Counted from the first letter of the stretch, positions 8,746 through 19,292 are shown. The stretch is DNA of 64,000 nt from Candidatus Nanopelagicales bacterium (GCA_030700225.1 JAUYJT010000056.1:663-64662); one strand, 5' to 3'. Translations and numbers: made by a program. Notes: a model not told the origin generated them from the sequence alone.

Positions 8746-10842
8746 TTGCGGCAGGATCCTGGCATGGCAAGCGACTTCCCACGAAGGCACGCGCTGACTA
8801 GAGGGTTCCGGCTTGGAGCGCCCCGCAACCTGGCTATCCCCCCAGGCGGCTCTGGCGTGATGTTCCTCAGATCCAGTAGCGGAGTAGATCCGGTCAATGA
8901 CCTGTGGATCGCGGAGCTCGCCACATCCGGGGACATCCGCGAGGAGCGACTGGTGGACGCGCGGTCACTGCGCGATGGCGTCGACCACGAGTTGCCAGCG
9001 GCGGAGCGCGCGAAGCGGGAACGCGTCCGAGAGATCGGTGAGGGCATAACGTCGTTCTCGGCTGACGAATCCGGAGCCCGCGTCTGCTTTCCGCTGACGG
9101 GCAGGCTGTTCGTGACGGAGGTGTCGGCACGCGAGACTCGGCGAATCGGCAGTGACACAGATGTGGCTGAATGCCGGATCGCGCCAACCGGCGAAGCCGT
9201 CGCGTACACCACTGGGGGTTCGGTCAAGATCGCCGACCTACGCACAGGCCAGACCCAGGTTCTGTGCGCCCCGGAGACTCCAGAGCAATTCTGGGGGACA
9301 GCGGAGTTCATCGCCGCCGAGGAGATGAACAGGTTTGACGGCATGTGGTGGTCGCCAGCGGGGGACCGCCTGCTGGTGACTCTGACCGACGAGTCGGAGG
9401 TGCCGGTTTGGTGGATATCGGACCCCGCGAACCCAGCCACGCCGCCAGTCCAGCATCGCTACCCCGCAGCCGGCACAACCAACGCCGACGTCTCACTCTG
9501 GCTGGTGAATCTGGCCGGTGACAGGGTCCGCGTGGACTGCGGCGACTTCGAGTACCTGACCCGCGTGAGTTGGTCGATGCATGGCGACCCGATAGCGCAA
9601 GTACAAAGCCGCGACCAACGCACCTGCCGCATCCTGTCAGTCAACCCCGCCGACGGCTCCACGACATGCGTTCGGGAACGCACGGGCGACTCCGTGATCG
9701 AGCTAGTCCCGGGAGCCCCAAGACTCACCGAACATGGCGTGATCGAAGTTGTCGACGACCTCGAGACGGATACGCGCAGACTGGTCCTCAATGGCACGCC
9801 TATCTCCGAGCTCGGCCTGCAGATCGGGGCGGTCCTGTCCGATGACAGCCGTGGTTGCGTCGTCTTGGCGAGCACCGATCCAACGACAACTGACATGTAC
9901 TTCATAGATTGGGATGGCGAAGCTCGGCGCCTAACCCAGCCGGGAGGCCGAGTCCTCGGCCGGGCGAGCGGTAACGTGTGCGTGACGCAACGATCAGACC
10001 TGACCGAGCCGATCACGATGACCACCGTGACCGTCGCCGACCTGGTCACCCAGATCAGGTCCTACGCCGAGCGGCCGTCGGTCACGCCGAGGCCGCGGTT
10101 CCTGCTGGCAGGTCCGGATCGGATCCGAACGGCCGTGCTGATGCCAACCGAGCCACGCCCCGGCGCCCTCCCGATCCTCATGTCGCCATACGGCGGACCG
10201 CACGCCCAGAGGGCCATCGCCTCTGCCGCCTCCTACGTCACTGACCAATGGCTCGCGGATCAGGGATTCTGCGTCGTCGTGGCTGACGGTCCCGGGTCCC
10301 CCTACCGGGGCCCTGCCTGGGAGGCGCGCATCCAGGGGGACCTCGCCGCCGGCCCGCTGGCCGGACAGATCGCCGCGCTCGAAGCGGTCATCGAGGATCT
10401 CGGAGATCGAGTGGACCCTGGCAGAGTCGGGATCCACGGCTGGTCCTTCGGCGGCTACCTTTCCGCCCTGGCGGTCCTGGAGCGACCTGACCTGTTCCAC
10501 GCGGCCGTGGCGGGAGCGCCCGTCACCGAGTGGGCGCTCTATGACACCCACTACACCGAGCGGTATCTGGGGATGCCGTCGCAGGAACCGGGCGCCTACG
10601 AACGATCCAGCCTGCTGGTGCGGGCGGCTCAACTCCGGCGCCCGCTACTGATCGTGCACGGACTCAGCGACGACAACGTAGTCGTCGCGCACACGCTGCG
10701 CCTGTCAGCCGCACTGCTGGCGGCCGGTCGCGAACATTCGGTTCTGCCGTTGTCGGGAGTGACGCACATGACCCCACAGGAAGTCGTCGCGGAGAATCTG
10801 CTCCTGCGCGCTGTCTCGTTCTTGCGCGACGCTCTGGCCTGA
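8746..10842 (+). CDS. S9 family peptidase (dipeptidyl aminopeptidase / prolyl oligopeptidase type)
   Basis: Beta-propeller-like N-terminal half and a C-terminal hydrolase domain with nucleophile elbow GWSFGGY and HGLSDDNV. Alternative start at 8764. Confidence 0.85.
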   Translation: MRQDPGMASDFPRRHALTRGFRLGAPRNLAIPPGGSGVMFLRSSSGVDPVNDLWIAELATSGDIREERLVDARSLRDGVDHELPAAERAKRERVREIGEGITSFSADESGARVCFPLTGRLFVTEVSARETRRIGSDTDVAECRIAPTGEAVAYTTGGSVKIADLRTGQTQVLCAPETPEQFWGTAEFIAAEEMNRFDGMWWSPAGDRLLVTLTDESEVPVWWISDPANPATPPVQHRYPAAGTTNADVSLWLVNLAGDRVRVDCGDFEYLTRVSWSMHGDPIAQVQSRDQRTCRILSVNPADGSTTCVRERTGDSVIELVPGAPRLTEHGVIEVVDDLETDTRRLVLNGTPISELGLQIGAVLSDDSRGCVVLASTDPTTTDMYFIDWDGEARRLTQPGGRVLGRASGNVCVTQRSDLTEPITMTTVTVADLVTQIRSYAERPSVTPRPRFLLAGPDRIRTAVLMPTEPRPGALPILMSPYGGPHAQRAIASAASYVTDQWLADQGFCVVVADGPGSPYRGPAWEARIQGDLAAGPLAGQIAALEAVIEDLGDRVDPGRVGIHGWSFGGYLSALAVLERPDLFHAAVAGAPVTEWALYDTHYTERYLGMPSQEPGAYERSSLLVRAAQLRRPLLIVHGLSDDNVVVAHTLRLSAALLAAGREHSVLPLSGVTHMTPQEVVAENLLLRAVSFLRDALA

Positions 10843-10851
10843 GGCGATCCG

Positions 10852-11865
10852 TCATTCTCCGCTGTCGCCGGCGTCCGGGCAGTAGCAGGCCACCAAGTGG
10901 TCCGGCGAGCTTCCCGGAACCGGCTCCAGTTTCGGAGGGGATCCAGAGCACGCATCGTAGGCCTTCCAGCACCGCCACCGGAACCGGCACCCAGCGCCGA
11001 GAGTCGCGTCGGACCCAGACGCTCGCCCAGCGGTGTCCGTTAGGCTGCTCGGGACGGCCCCGGCCCTTCGTCGGGCCGCGGCCAGCAGCGACCTCGTATA
11101 CGGGTGGGCCGGGCGGCTGTAGATGTCATCGCGCCCCCCCGTCTCGACTATGGAGCCCGAGTACATCACCGCCACCTTGTCGGCGATCTGGCGCACGACG
11201 GCCAGGTCGTGACTGATGAACACGTACGACAAGCCCAACTCGTCCCGCAGATCGAGCAACAGATTCATGATCTGCGCCCGGACCGACACGTCCAGGGCCG
11301 AAACCGGTTCGTCAGCAACGACGATCTTCGGCCGCAAGGCGATCGCCCTGGCGACTCCGATGCGCTGACGCTGGCCGCCGGAGAACTGATGCGGGTACCT
11401 GTTGGCGAACTCCGGGCCCAGTCCGACCTGCTCGAGCAGCCCAGCGACGGCCTGCCTGGACGATCGGTTCGGTGCCAGCGCGTCCGGATGGATGGCGAAG
11501 GGCTCTCGAAGGATCGCCGAGATGGTCATCCTCGGATTCAGCGACAGGTACGGATCCTGAAGCACGATCTGGATGTCCCGCCGCTTCCGGCGAAGCTGAC
11601 GGGCCGAGAGTCCAGCCAGGTCATCCCCGGTTACTTCGACGGACCCAGAAGTCGGGGCCTCCAGCCCGAGCAGCAACCTGGCCGTGGTCGACTTCCCAGA
11701 CCCGCTCTCACCGACTATTCCGACGGACTCCCCCGCGCGCAGTGTCAGCGTCACTCCGTCTACCGCCCTGACTTCGCCGATAGTGCGTTTCCAAATGACT
11801 CCGCGCCGGATCGGGTAGACCTTTGTCAGGTTCGTCGCAGCCAGGACGATCGGGCGCTCAGCCAT
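10852..11865 (-). CDS. Peptide ABC transporter ATP-binding protein (DppF/OppF type)
   Basis: Walker A GESGSGKST and signature FSGGQRQR, with a C-terminal oligopeptide-type extension. Start overlaps the upstream stop. Confidence 0.85.
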   Translation of the reverse strand: MAERPIVLAATNLTKVYPIRRGVIWKRTIGEVRAVDGVTLTLRAGESVGIVGESGSGKSTTARLLLGLEAPTSGSVEVTGDDLAGLSARQLRRKRRDIQIVLQDPYLSLNPRMTISAILREPFAIHPDALAPNRSSRQAVAGLLEQVGLGPEFANRYPHQFSGGQRQRIGVARAIALRPKIVVADEPVSALDVSVRAQIMNLLLDLRDELGLSYVFISHDLAVVRQIADKVAVMYSGSIVETGGRDDIYSRPAHPYTRSLLAAARRRAGAVPSSLTDTAGRASGSDATLGAGCRFRWRCWKAYDACSGSPPKLEPVPGSSPDHLVACYCPDAGDSGE

Positions 11866-12841
11866 GCGACATGACCTCATCAGCCCGCCAGCAGCGGCTC
11901 CAGTGATCTGGCGCCGCCAGGGACCACTCGGGCTCCCGCGCGCACAGATCGATCGCGAGCGCGCACCTGGGCCGGAACAGGCAACCGGACGGCAACTTCA
12001 TCAGGCTTGGGGGAAGGCCAGGGATCGCGGGCAACCTGCCTAACCCGTCGTCCAGCGACGCCACGGACCGCATGAGCCCCTGGGTGTATGGATGAGCTGT
12101 GTTAGCGAGTACAACGGCCGTCTCGCCCTGTTCCATGGCGCGGCCCGCGTACATGACGGTGACCCTGTCGGCCGCGCTGGCGGCAACACCGAGGTCGTGG
12201 GTGATCAACACCAGTCCCATTCCGGTCTCAGCCCGGAGCTCTGATAGGAGGTCCATGATCGCGGCCTCGACCGTCACGTCCAAGGCCGTAGTCGGCTCGT
12301 CGGCGATCAGGACTTCGGGTCGCAGCGCGATCATCATCGCGATCAGGATCCGTTGCCGCATGCCCCCAGAGAACTGATGAGGGTAGTCCCCGTACCGCTT
12401 GTCCGCGGAGGGGATTCTCACGCGTGTCATCGCGTCGATCGCGGCCGCGCGCGCGTCCGCGTGCCCGAGATGCTCATGGACCGTGAACATCTCCGCCACC
12501 TGCCGACCCACGCTGACTACGGGGTTCAGAGCCGACAAGGCGTCCTGGAAGACGATGGCGATTCGCCGGCCTCGGATCTGCCTGTACTCCTTCTCTGTCG
12601 CGCCCACTAGCTCCGTACTCGACAAGCGGATGCTCCCGGAAACTATGCGTGCCCGTTCGGGCAGCATCCCCATCACAGCCAGCGCCGTCATCGACTTACC
12701 CGAGCCGGACTCCCCCAGCAGCGCGACGGCCTCGCCAGCGTTCACCGAGAAGCTGATCCCGTTCACCGCGCGGGCCTCACCATCCCTACTCGAGATGCGA
12801 ACCGAGAGATCCGAAACTTCAAGCACTGGATCAGCCATCAC
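11858..12841 (-). CDS. Peptide ABC transporter ATP-binding protein (DppD/OppD type)
   Basis: Walker A GESGSGKSM and signature FSGGMRQR. Confidence 0.85.
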   Translation of the reverse strand: MMADPVLEVSDLSVRISSRDGEARAVNGISFSVNAGEAVALLGESGSGKSMTALAVMGMLPERARIVSGSIRLSSTELVGATEKEYRQIRGRRIAIVFQDALSALNPVVSVGRQVAEMFTVHEHLGHADARAAAIDAMTRVRIPSADKRYGDYPHQFSGGMRQRILIAMMIALRPEVLIADEPTTALDVTVEAAIMDLLSELRAETGMGLVLITHDLGVAASAADRVTVMYAGRAMEQGETAVVLANTAHPYTQGLMRSVASLDDGLGRLPAIPGLPPSLMKLPSGCLFRPRCALAIDLCAREPEWSLAAPDHWSRCWRADEVMSHG

Positions 12842-12844
12842 TGC

Positions 12845-13762
12845 TCACGCCCTGAACTTCGGGTCCATGGCGTCACGTATCGCGTCGCCGAGCAGGATGA
12901 AGGCCAGCACTGTCGCGCTCAGGAACGCGGCGGGGAACAAGAGGGTCCACGGCGCCTGGAAGAACACCGATTGAGCGTCACTGATCATGGTTCCCCAGGA
13001 GAAGTCCGGTGGTCGGATCCCAAGCCCCAGGAACGAGAACGTGGCCTCCGCCGCGATGAAACCGCCCAACGACAGCACCGCGATCACGATGCCGGGACCC
13101 GCGGCATTGGGCAGGATGTGCCGCACCATGATCCGCGCGTTTCCGGCCCCCAGTGCCCGCGCGGCGAGCACGTAGTCCTGCCCTTTGGCCTCGATGGTGG
13201 TGGATCTGACGATCCGGGCCGCTGCCACCCACCCCAGGACCGATAGCACGAACACGACTCCCCAGATGCCGGGCAACGAGATCGCGCTCAGCGCCACGAT
13301 CCCGCCAAGGATCAACGGCAGCCCGAAGAACACATCAACGACGCGAGACAGCACCGAGTCCAGCCACCCGCCGGAGTATCCCGCGATCAGTCCGACTGTG
13401 GCACCCAGGACCGTCGTGGCGATCGTGGCGATGACACCGACGGCCACGCTCGGCCTGGCCCCGTACACGCTCAACGCGTACACGTCGCACCCCTGCTGAT
13501 CGGTCCCGAACCAATGCTCACCGCTCGGCGGTAGCAGGGAATCCGCCAGGGCGCAGCCGCCCGTCAGTGATGACGTGTGCTCGACGTCTGAGAAGAAACC
13601 TGGGAACAACACCATCCCGGAGACCAACACGATCAGCACGGCACTGATCCAGAACACGAAGCTGTGCCGCAGGTCAAACCACGCGTCACGTGCCAGAGTG
13701 CGCGTCGGCCCGGTGTCGGCTCCAGCCAGGGCGACCTCTGCGGTGGGGGTGAGGTCAGTCAT
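12845..13762 (-). CDS. Peptide ABC transporter permease (DppC type)
   Basis: Multi-pass membrane protein with a BPD-transport EAA-like loop (AARALGAGNARIMVRHILPN). Internal ATG chosen to limit overlap with the upstream gene. Confidence 0.8.
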   Translation of the reverse strand: MTDLTPTAEVALAGADTGPTRTLARDAWFDLRHSFVFWISAVLIVLVSGMVLFPGFFSDVEHTSSLTGGCALADSLLPPSGEHWFGTDQQGCDVYALSVYGARPSVAVGVIATIATTVLGATVGLIAGYSGGWLDSVLSRVVDVFFGLPLILGGIVALSAISLPGIWGVVFVLSVLGWVAAARIVRSTTIEAKGQDYVLAARALGAGNARIMVRHILPNAAGPGIVIAVLSLGGFIAAEATFSFLGLGIRPPDFSWGTMISDAQSVFFQAPWTLLFPAAFLSATVLAFILLGDAIRDAMDPKFRA

Positions 13763-14681
13763 ACCGGATCCTCGGATCCAGAACGGCGTACAGCACATCA
13801 ACCAACAGGTTCATCAACAGGTAGGCGATCACCAACGCCGTGACCGTACCGACGACCACGACAGCCTCACCCAGCCGGATGGACGAATACAGCTGCTGAC
13901 CGATTCCGGGCACGTTGAAGATCCCCTCGACTACGACCGCTCCCCCCATCAGGGCCGCAAGGTCAGCGCCCAGGAAGGTGACCACGGGGATCAAGGAGTT
14001 GCGCAAGCCATACTCCCTGATGATCCGGCGCGCTGGCAGACCCTTGGCCCGGGCTGTGGAGAAGAAGTCCTGATTCACCGTTTCCAGCAGACTCTGCCTA
14101 GTCAGCCTGAGCACGTAGGCCAACGACAGCAGCGCCAGGACCGTGGCCGGCAGCAAGTAGCTGACCGGCCATCCGTCCGCGATCCCGGACGCGGGGAGCC
14201 AGCCCAGCTTCACGCCTATGACCCACTGGGCGACGTAGGCCAGCACGAACACAGGGATCGAGATCACGACCAGGGTTCCGCCCAACGCCAGTGAGTCGAT
14301 GACTCCTCCCCGGCGCAGCGCTGCCCATACCCCGAGGGAGACGCCGATGAGTATCTCGATGACTAGGGCAGTGAGGGCCAGCTGCACGGTTACTGGCCAG
14401 CGTTCGGCGAAGATCTCGGTGACGGCTTGACCAGAGAAAGTGGTTCCCAGATCCCCGGTGAATATCCCCATTAGGTACTTCGCGTACTGAACGAAGAAGG
14501 GGTCATCAAGATTGAACTGCGAAGTCAGATACTCCAGGTAGGCCGGGTTCTCCTGCCGACCCCCGGCCAGGTTGTCCAGCGGGTCACCGGGCACCGCGAA
14601 CATCAGGAAATAGATGAGGAACGTCGTGCCCAGAAACACCGGAACTACCTGCAGCAACCGCCGCAGAACGTAGCGACCCAA
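13755..14681 (-). CDS. Peptide ABC transporter permease (DppB type)
   Basis: MGRYVLRRLLQVVPVFLGTTFLIYF N-terminus and an STARAKGL EAA loop. Confidence 0.85.
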   Translation of the reverse strand: MGRYVLRRLLQVVPVFLGTTFLIYFLMFAVPGDPLDNLAGGRQENPAYLEYLTSQFNLDDPFFVQYAKYLMGIFTGDLGTTFSGQAVTEIFAERWPVTVQLALTALVIEILIGVSLGVWAALRRGGVIDSLALGGTLVVISIPVFVLAYVAQWVIGVKLGWLPASGIADGWPVSYLLPATVLALLSLAYVLRLTRQSLLETVNQDFFSTARAKGLPARRIIREYGLRNSLIPVVTFLGADLAALMGGAVVVEGIFNVPGIGQQLYSSIRLGEAVVVVGTVTALVIAYLLMNLLVDVLYAVLDPRIRYD

Positions 14682-14704
14682 GGTCCCTCACTTCGAGGTT
14701 GGGG

Positions 14705-16342
14705 TTACTTCACGACCCTGATCTCGGCCAAGTTCACGAACTGCTGCGAATTCACCTTGACGTTGGACACGTTCTGAGAGTACCCGGCCACAATGTTCGG
14801 GAACTGAGTCGGAGCCAGCCAGAAGTCGTCCATGGCCACCTGCTCCGCGCGTTGCCAAATGGCCACCTGCTCGCCGGGGGATTGGGTGGCGTTGCCTTCC
14901 TGCATCAACTTGTCGAACCGGGGATTGTCGTATCCGAAGTCATTGCCACCGCCATCCCGGCTGAAGAGCGGCCCGATGGTGCTCGCCAGAGTCGGGTTGT
15001 CGGCCGCCCAACCGGCTTGGAAGAGGTCCCCGGGTTCAGCGTTGTCGAGGGCGTCGAAGTACGCCTGATAGTTGGGCAGCACCTTGATGGTGCATTCGAT
15101 CCCCAAGTTGCGCTGGAGCTGGTTACAAATCGCCTTCTCCACTTGCTGCGTCGCACTCGCGAGCGACATGAGCCGGACCTTACCGCCGGGCAACCCGCCG
15201 GCCTGCTGAAGGCTCTTCTTCGCGGCGGCGGCATCAAATACGCACTTGTCGCCGCACAGGTCCGTTCCGCCGCCTGGAGCGGCATCCGACACGAAACTGA
15301 GCGCCCGCTGACGAGTGCCATAGAACAACTTGGAGTTGATCTCCGCCCAGTCGATGGCCTTGGAAATGGCCACCCGAGTGGCCTTGTCCTTGAACGCCTC
15401 GCCTTTGGGGAACCCGAAGAAGCTGACTAGCAGGGAGGCGCTGTCGTTGATGAATCGATCGCCGAGCACTTGCTCGGCATTGGCCAGCGCGTTTTGCGGA
15501 AGGATAGGCGCGACATCGAGCGTCCCGGCCTGCAAATCGGACCAGAGCGTGTTGTTATCCGCGTAAACCCGGAACTCAATGTTGTCGGCATTACCCGGGG
15601 TTCCGGCGTATCCGGAGTTCTTGGCCAGAGAAACTTCGGTGGCGCTCCACGGCCTCTTCAACTGATATGGACCGTTGCCGATCGGCTGCTTGCCATATGC
15701 CTTGATGTCCTTGAACGCGACCGATGGCATCGGTAGGACAGGCGGCCCCGCCAGGAAGTTCTTGAACAGCGCGTCGCCCAGCGGTGAGACAAGCGACACC
15801 TGAATCGCGTTCTTGCCCACAGCCTTCAATCCTGACATTGTCTTGGACTTCGGCTCGGCCTTCGGGTTGGAAGGCGCCACGTCCGCGTAGCCCTTGACGT
15901 TCAACTGGCTCGGTCCGAAGACGAACCCGAGTTGCTGGCCGTTGGGTGCGTACGCCGTGAAATTCCATGTGTCGATGAACGTCTTCGCCGTGATCGGCTC
16001 CCCGTTGGTGAACTTCCATCCGGAGTTGAGCTCGATCTTCCACGTCTTCCCGTTGTCCGCCGTGGACACCTGGCTCGTCAGGCCCGTCTGCTCCGGAACC
16101 AAAGTCCCGTCATCTTGAGTCTGGAACGCGAACAGACCCGTGAACAGAACACTGAGCACATTCGCGCAGTAGATGTCGTAGCAGTTGCTCGGCACGAAGC
16201 TGCGCGAGGACTCGATGGCAACCGAGTAGGTCCCGCCAGTCGGCCCCGGCGTCGGCTGGTCATTCTTTCCGCATGCGGCCAAGACCAGAGCCCCCGCTAC
16301 GACACCACACGCTAGCAACTTGACGCGGTTCCTCATTGTCAC
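14705..16342 (-). CDS. Peptide ABC transporter substrate-binding lipoprotein (family 5)
   Basis: Signal peptide with lipobox LVLAAC. 545 aa, first gene of the permease/ATPase operon. Confidence 0.85.
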   Translation of the reverse strand: MTMRNRVKLLACGVVAGALVLAACGKNDQPTPGPTGGTYSVAIESSRSFVPSNCYDIYCANVLSVLFTGLFAFQTQDDGTLVPEQTGLTSQVSTADNGKTWKIELNSGWKFTNGEPITAKTFIDTWNFTAYAPNGQQLGFVFGPSQLNVKGYADVAPSNPKAEPKSKTMSGLKAVGKNAIQVSLVSPLGDALFKNFLAGPPVLPMPSVAFKDIKAYGKQPIGNGPYQLKRPWSATEVSLAKNSGYAGTPGNADNIEFRVYADNNTLWSDLQAGTLDVAPILPQNALANAEQVLGDRFINDSASLLVSFFGFPKGEAFKDKATRVAISKAIDWAEINSKLFYGTRQRALSFVSDAAPGGGTDLCGDKCVFDAAAAKKSLQQAGGLPGGKVRLMSLASATQQVEKAICNQLQRNLGIECTIKVLPNYQAYFDALDNAEPGDLFQAGWAADNPTLASTIGPLFSRDGGGNDFGYDNPRFDKLMQEGNATQSPGEQVAIWQRAEQVAMDDFWLAPTQFPNIVAGYSQNVSNVKVNSQQFVNLAEIRVVK

Positions 16343-16446
16343 TCCTCACGACTCGACCAAGCCTAGCGCCGCGACTCCCTGATTGGCGTTCCGTCGGATG
16401 CCTGGGCCGTGCGCGGTGCTGCGCGCGGCGACCTCACCGAGGCTGC

Positions 16447-17700
16447 TCAGCAACTGACTTGATAGTGCTGACTGCGATACGCCGGAGGCGCGGCTGCCGC
16501 GCGCGAGGTCCCAGCGTAAGCCGCGATGTGATCCGGGTAGCTGATCCAAAGCTCGCCAGTCGGATCGAAGTCGCGTTCGAGAGCCCGCTCCGCGCCGCGC
16601 TGGTCTCGCGTCGCCAGCTTCGCGACCAACCCCAGGTCGGGCGCGGGTTTGACCTCCAAAGCGGAGGCCGCGAACTCCATAGCCGCGCGCCCGGCGTCTG
16701 TCCTGGCGAGCACCGTGGTCCAGCCCGGGTCGCTGCCGATGCTGCCCACGGCGATGTCAGCCGACCGACCGGCGAAGTCAGCGCATTCCGCGCACCCCCG
16801 CAGGGCAGCGCTCCGGATGTCGCGGACCGGCAAGCGCAGGAGCTCTTCGCCGCCCTGTGCCCAGCCGATCATCTCGCCTGCACGCACGTCGATCCGGGCC
16901 AGTCGCGTCACGTCAACACCTGTGGCTGCCAGGGCCTCCGCGAGCTTGTCCCCGTCGAATGACCGCGTGCAGAACAAGGCGACCGTGAGCACCACAGCGT
17001 CCGCGGCGGTCTGGCGGTATCGCCACGGGAAGCGCTGGAGCGCCCGCAACACGCTCACCTGGCATGGCGTTCCAACGAAAGCGAGCCGGTGGACGTCTTC
17101 CGGCAAAGGTGAGTTGAGCTCAACGAGCGCCTGTGATTGCGTATATACACTTCCGGCGCACGCCCGCAGCTCGTCCTCGGTCCGCGCGAGAACGGGATTG
17201 CCGGCGAACACTCCATCCGGCCGGTTGACGATCGCGCCGTCGATGACCTCGTCCTTCAGGAGCTTCGACAGCAGCGCGGTCACGACACCGCCGTCCTGCG
17301 CACTCTCGACTCGAGCCGCGGCCCTGGCCGAGGACGCGTCGAGGACTTCGATCATGCCCGATTCTTGGGCGCTGTCAGCCTGGCCGTCCAAGACGGACGC
17401 GAGTCTCTCGGTGCGAAGCCCTCCCATCGGGCAGTAGTCCCAGCACGCCGAGCATCCCGTGCACATTTGGACCAGCGTCGGGCGACCGTCCTCGCCGACA
17501 TTTATCGAACGCGACGGGCACGCCGCTATGCAGCCGCCACATCTGATGCACCGATCGGCGTCGATCACAGCCGCCGCGGTCCTGTGGAACCAAATCTTCT
17601 CCGGCAGCTCCGGCACGCCACTGGCCGCCGCGATCTCGTCGCGCACATCCGCGGCAGGATCGATGAACGCCGCCGGCGCCGACGTGGCCACCGGGTTCAC
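16447..17700 (-). CDS. FrhB/FdhB-family protein with an N-terminal 2x[4Fe-4S] ferredoxin domain
   Basis: CIRCGGCIAACP and CTGCSACWDYCP cluster motifs followed by FVGTPCQVSVLRAL, a GTPCQ motif typical of F420 hydrogenase/dehydrogenase beta subunits. 4-nt overlap with the upstream reductase. Confidence 0.7.
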   Translation of the reverse strand: MNPVATSAPAAFIDPAADVRDEIAAASGVPELPEKIWFHRTAAAVIDADRCIRCGGCIAACPSRSINVGEDGRPTLVQMCTGCSACWDYCPMGGLRTERLASVLDGQADSAQESGMIEVLDASSARAAARVESAQDGGVVTALLSKLLKDEVIDGAIVNRPDGVFAGNPVLARTEDELRACAGSVYTQSQALVELNSPLPEDVHRLAFVGTPCQVSVLRALQRFPWRYRQTAADAVVLTVALFCTRSFDGDKLAEALAATGVDVTRLARIDVRAGEMIGWAQGGEELLRLPVRDIRSAALRGCAECADFAGRSADIAVGSIGSDPGWTTVLARTDAGRAAMEFAASALEVKPAPDLGLVAKLATRDQRGAERALERDFDPTGELWISYPDHIAAYAGTSRAAAAPPAYRSQHYQVSC

Positions 17701-19292
17701 CTCTGGCTCCCCGATGTCGCGTCAACCCTGTCCAAGACATCACCGAAATCTCGAGCATCCAGTGAGCCCAGGCTGGCTTCGCCGCTGGCGACCTCAACTA
17801 GCGCCGACGTGATCGCGTCGAAGGTCGTGCTCGCTGGCGCTCCCAGACAGGCCCAGCTCCCCAGTCTTCCCGCCCCCGAGTCTCCCCCGACGGCGACGTC
17901 AAAGGCGTCGAATATCTGAGTATCCGTCTTGCCCATCGTCGCCCTCAAGCCGATGTGAGCCAGCGGTATTTGGGCGCACGAGGCCTTGCAGCCAGACATA
18001 TGAATTCGCAGACCCTCCAGACGATCCCATCCCCCGACTGGCACGTTGCGGCGAAGGTGCTCGGTCAGCTGCGTGCCGTAGGTCTTCATCGGCAGGATCG
18101 CGAACTTGCAGAATGGAGCGCTCGTGCATGCCACGACCGCGCGTTCGAACGGATCTGGTTCAGGTCGGAAGCGCTCCAGCAGTGGCTCAGCTAGCAGCCG
18201 AGCCGTGTCGCTAACGCCGGTCAGCACCAGGCTTTGGCGTTGCGTCAGGCGCACGTTGCCATCCCCATGAAGCCGGGCCAGCCGCGAGATCTCGCGCAGG
18301 TCATCAACTCCCACTCGCCCCACTGGCACCGACAGCCCAACGTAGGAAGTCCCGAACTTGTCAGTGTTCACGCCGAGGTGATCGGCGGTTTCCCATGTCG
18401 ACAGATCCTCGCCACGGGGCTCAAGCGACCCGTCGGGCACGCGAGCGCGCAACTCTGAGGCGATGCGCACCGGACCCAGCCGATGGACAAGTGCCCTGAA
18501 ACGATTGACGCTTGAATGCTCGTAGTCGCCTTCGGCTCGGAACAGATCCAGAAGGGCCGCGACAACTTTCGGTGCCACCGCCGGCTCGATGAACATGTCC
18601 AAAGCGGTCGCCAGCCGCGGGTAGTCGGACAGTCCGCCCCCAACGTGGACGCCGAACCCGACGCGGCCCGCGCGCCGAGCCGGGGTGAAGGCGACGCAAT
18701 TCACTCTGGCCACGACGCAATCGGTCGGGCAGCCAGTCACCGCGACCTTGAACTTGCGCGGCAGGAAGGCCGTCAGACGCTCGTCGCTGCCCATCAGAGC
18801 CTCGATGGCTTCAACTACCGGGCCGACTTCGAGCAAACCTCGGCCATCGACCCCATCCACGGCACACGCCGTCACATTGCGCAGGGTGTTGCCACAGGAC
18901 TCGACCGAACCAACGCCTACCGCGCCGAATCGAGCCCATATCTCGGGCAGGTTCTCGAACCGTATCCAATGGATCTGCAGGTCCTGCCGAGTTGTGATCT
19001 CGGCGAAGCGGTCGGGGTCTGAATGTCCCGGCGAGCGCACGCAGAAGTCATTGACGACTCCCACGATCGCATCCAGCTGGTCAGCGTTGAGTCGGCCGCC
19101 GGGGATCCGGACCCTCATCATGAACGTGTCTTTGAAGCGGTCGTCGTAGACGCCGACCATGCGGAGTTTGCCGATGCCAAGGGGGCCACGGTCCGACGGA
19201 TGCAGATCCGCCAATTCTGTCGGGCCTGACCTCAGGATCGCCGCCATCACGTCCGACGGAGCCTGATCTTCAGCGAAGAGTTGTGTTTTCAT
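17697..19292 (-). CDS. Siroheme-type sulfite/nitrite reductase hemoprotein (SirA/NirA-like)
   Basis: Two nitrite/sulfite reductase ferredoxin-like halves with Cys clusters CTSAPFCKFA and MSGCKASCAQ. ATG at 19292 (MKTQLF) chosen. Confidence 0.85.
   Translation of the reverse strand: MKTQLFAEDQAPSDVMAAILRSGPTELADLHPSDRGPLGIGKLRMVGVYDDRFKDTFMMRVRIPGGRLNADQLDAIVGVVNDFCVRSPGHSDPDRFAEITTRQDLQIHWIRFENLPEIWARFGAVGVGSVESCGNTLRNVTACAVDGVDGRGLLEVGPVVEAIEALMGSDERLTAFLPRKFKVAVTGCPTDCVVARVNCVAFTPARRAGRVGFGVHVGGGLSDYPRLATALDMFIEPAVAPKVVAALLDLFRAEGDYEHSSVNRFRALVHRLGPVRIASELRARVPDGSLEPRGEDLSTWETADHLGVNTDKFGTSYVGLSVPVGRVGVDDLREISRLARLHGDGNVRLTQRQSLVLTGVSDTARLLAEPLLERFRPEPDPFERAVVACTSAPFCKFAILPMKTYGTQLTEHLRRNVPVGGWDRLEGLRIHMSGCKASCAQIPLAHIGLRATMGKTDTQIFDAFDVAVGGDSGAGRLGSWACLGAPASTTFDAITSALVEVASGEASLGSLDARDFGDVLDRVDATSGSQR

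Noticed and set aside
8420-8790. Pro/Ala/Arg-rich ORFs (PARPARPTRPTRAPYPP...) that might be taken for PE/PPE- or collagen-like repeat proteins
   Set aside because: They are the reverse-strand translation of the G-run tandem tract in an intergenic region between divergent genes. They have no credible start or RBS, and two overlapping frames are equally open.
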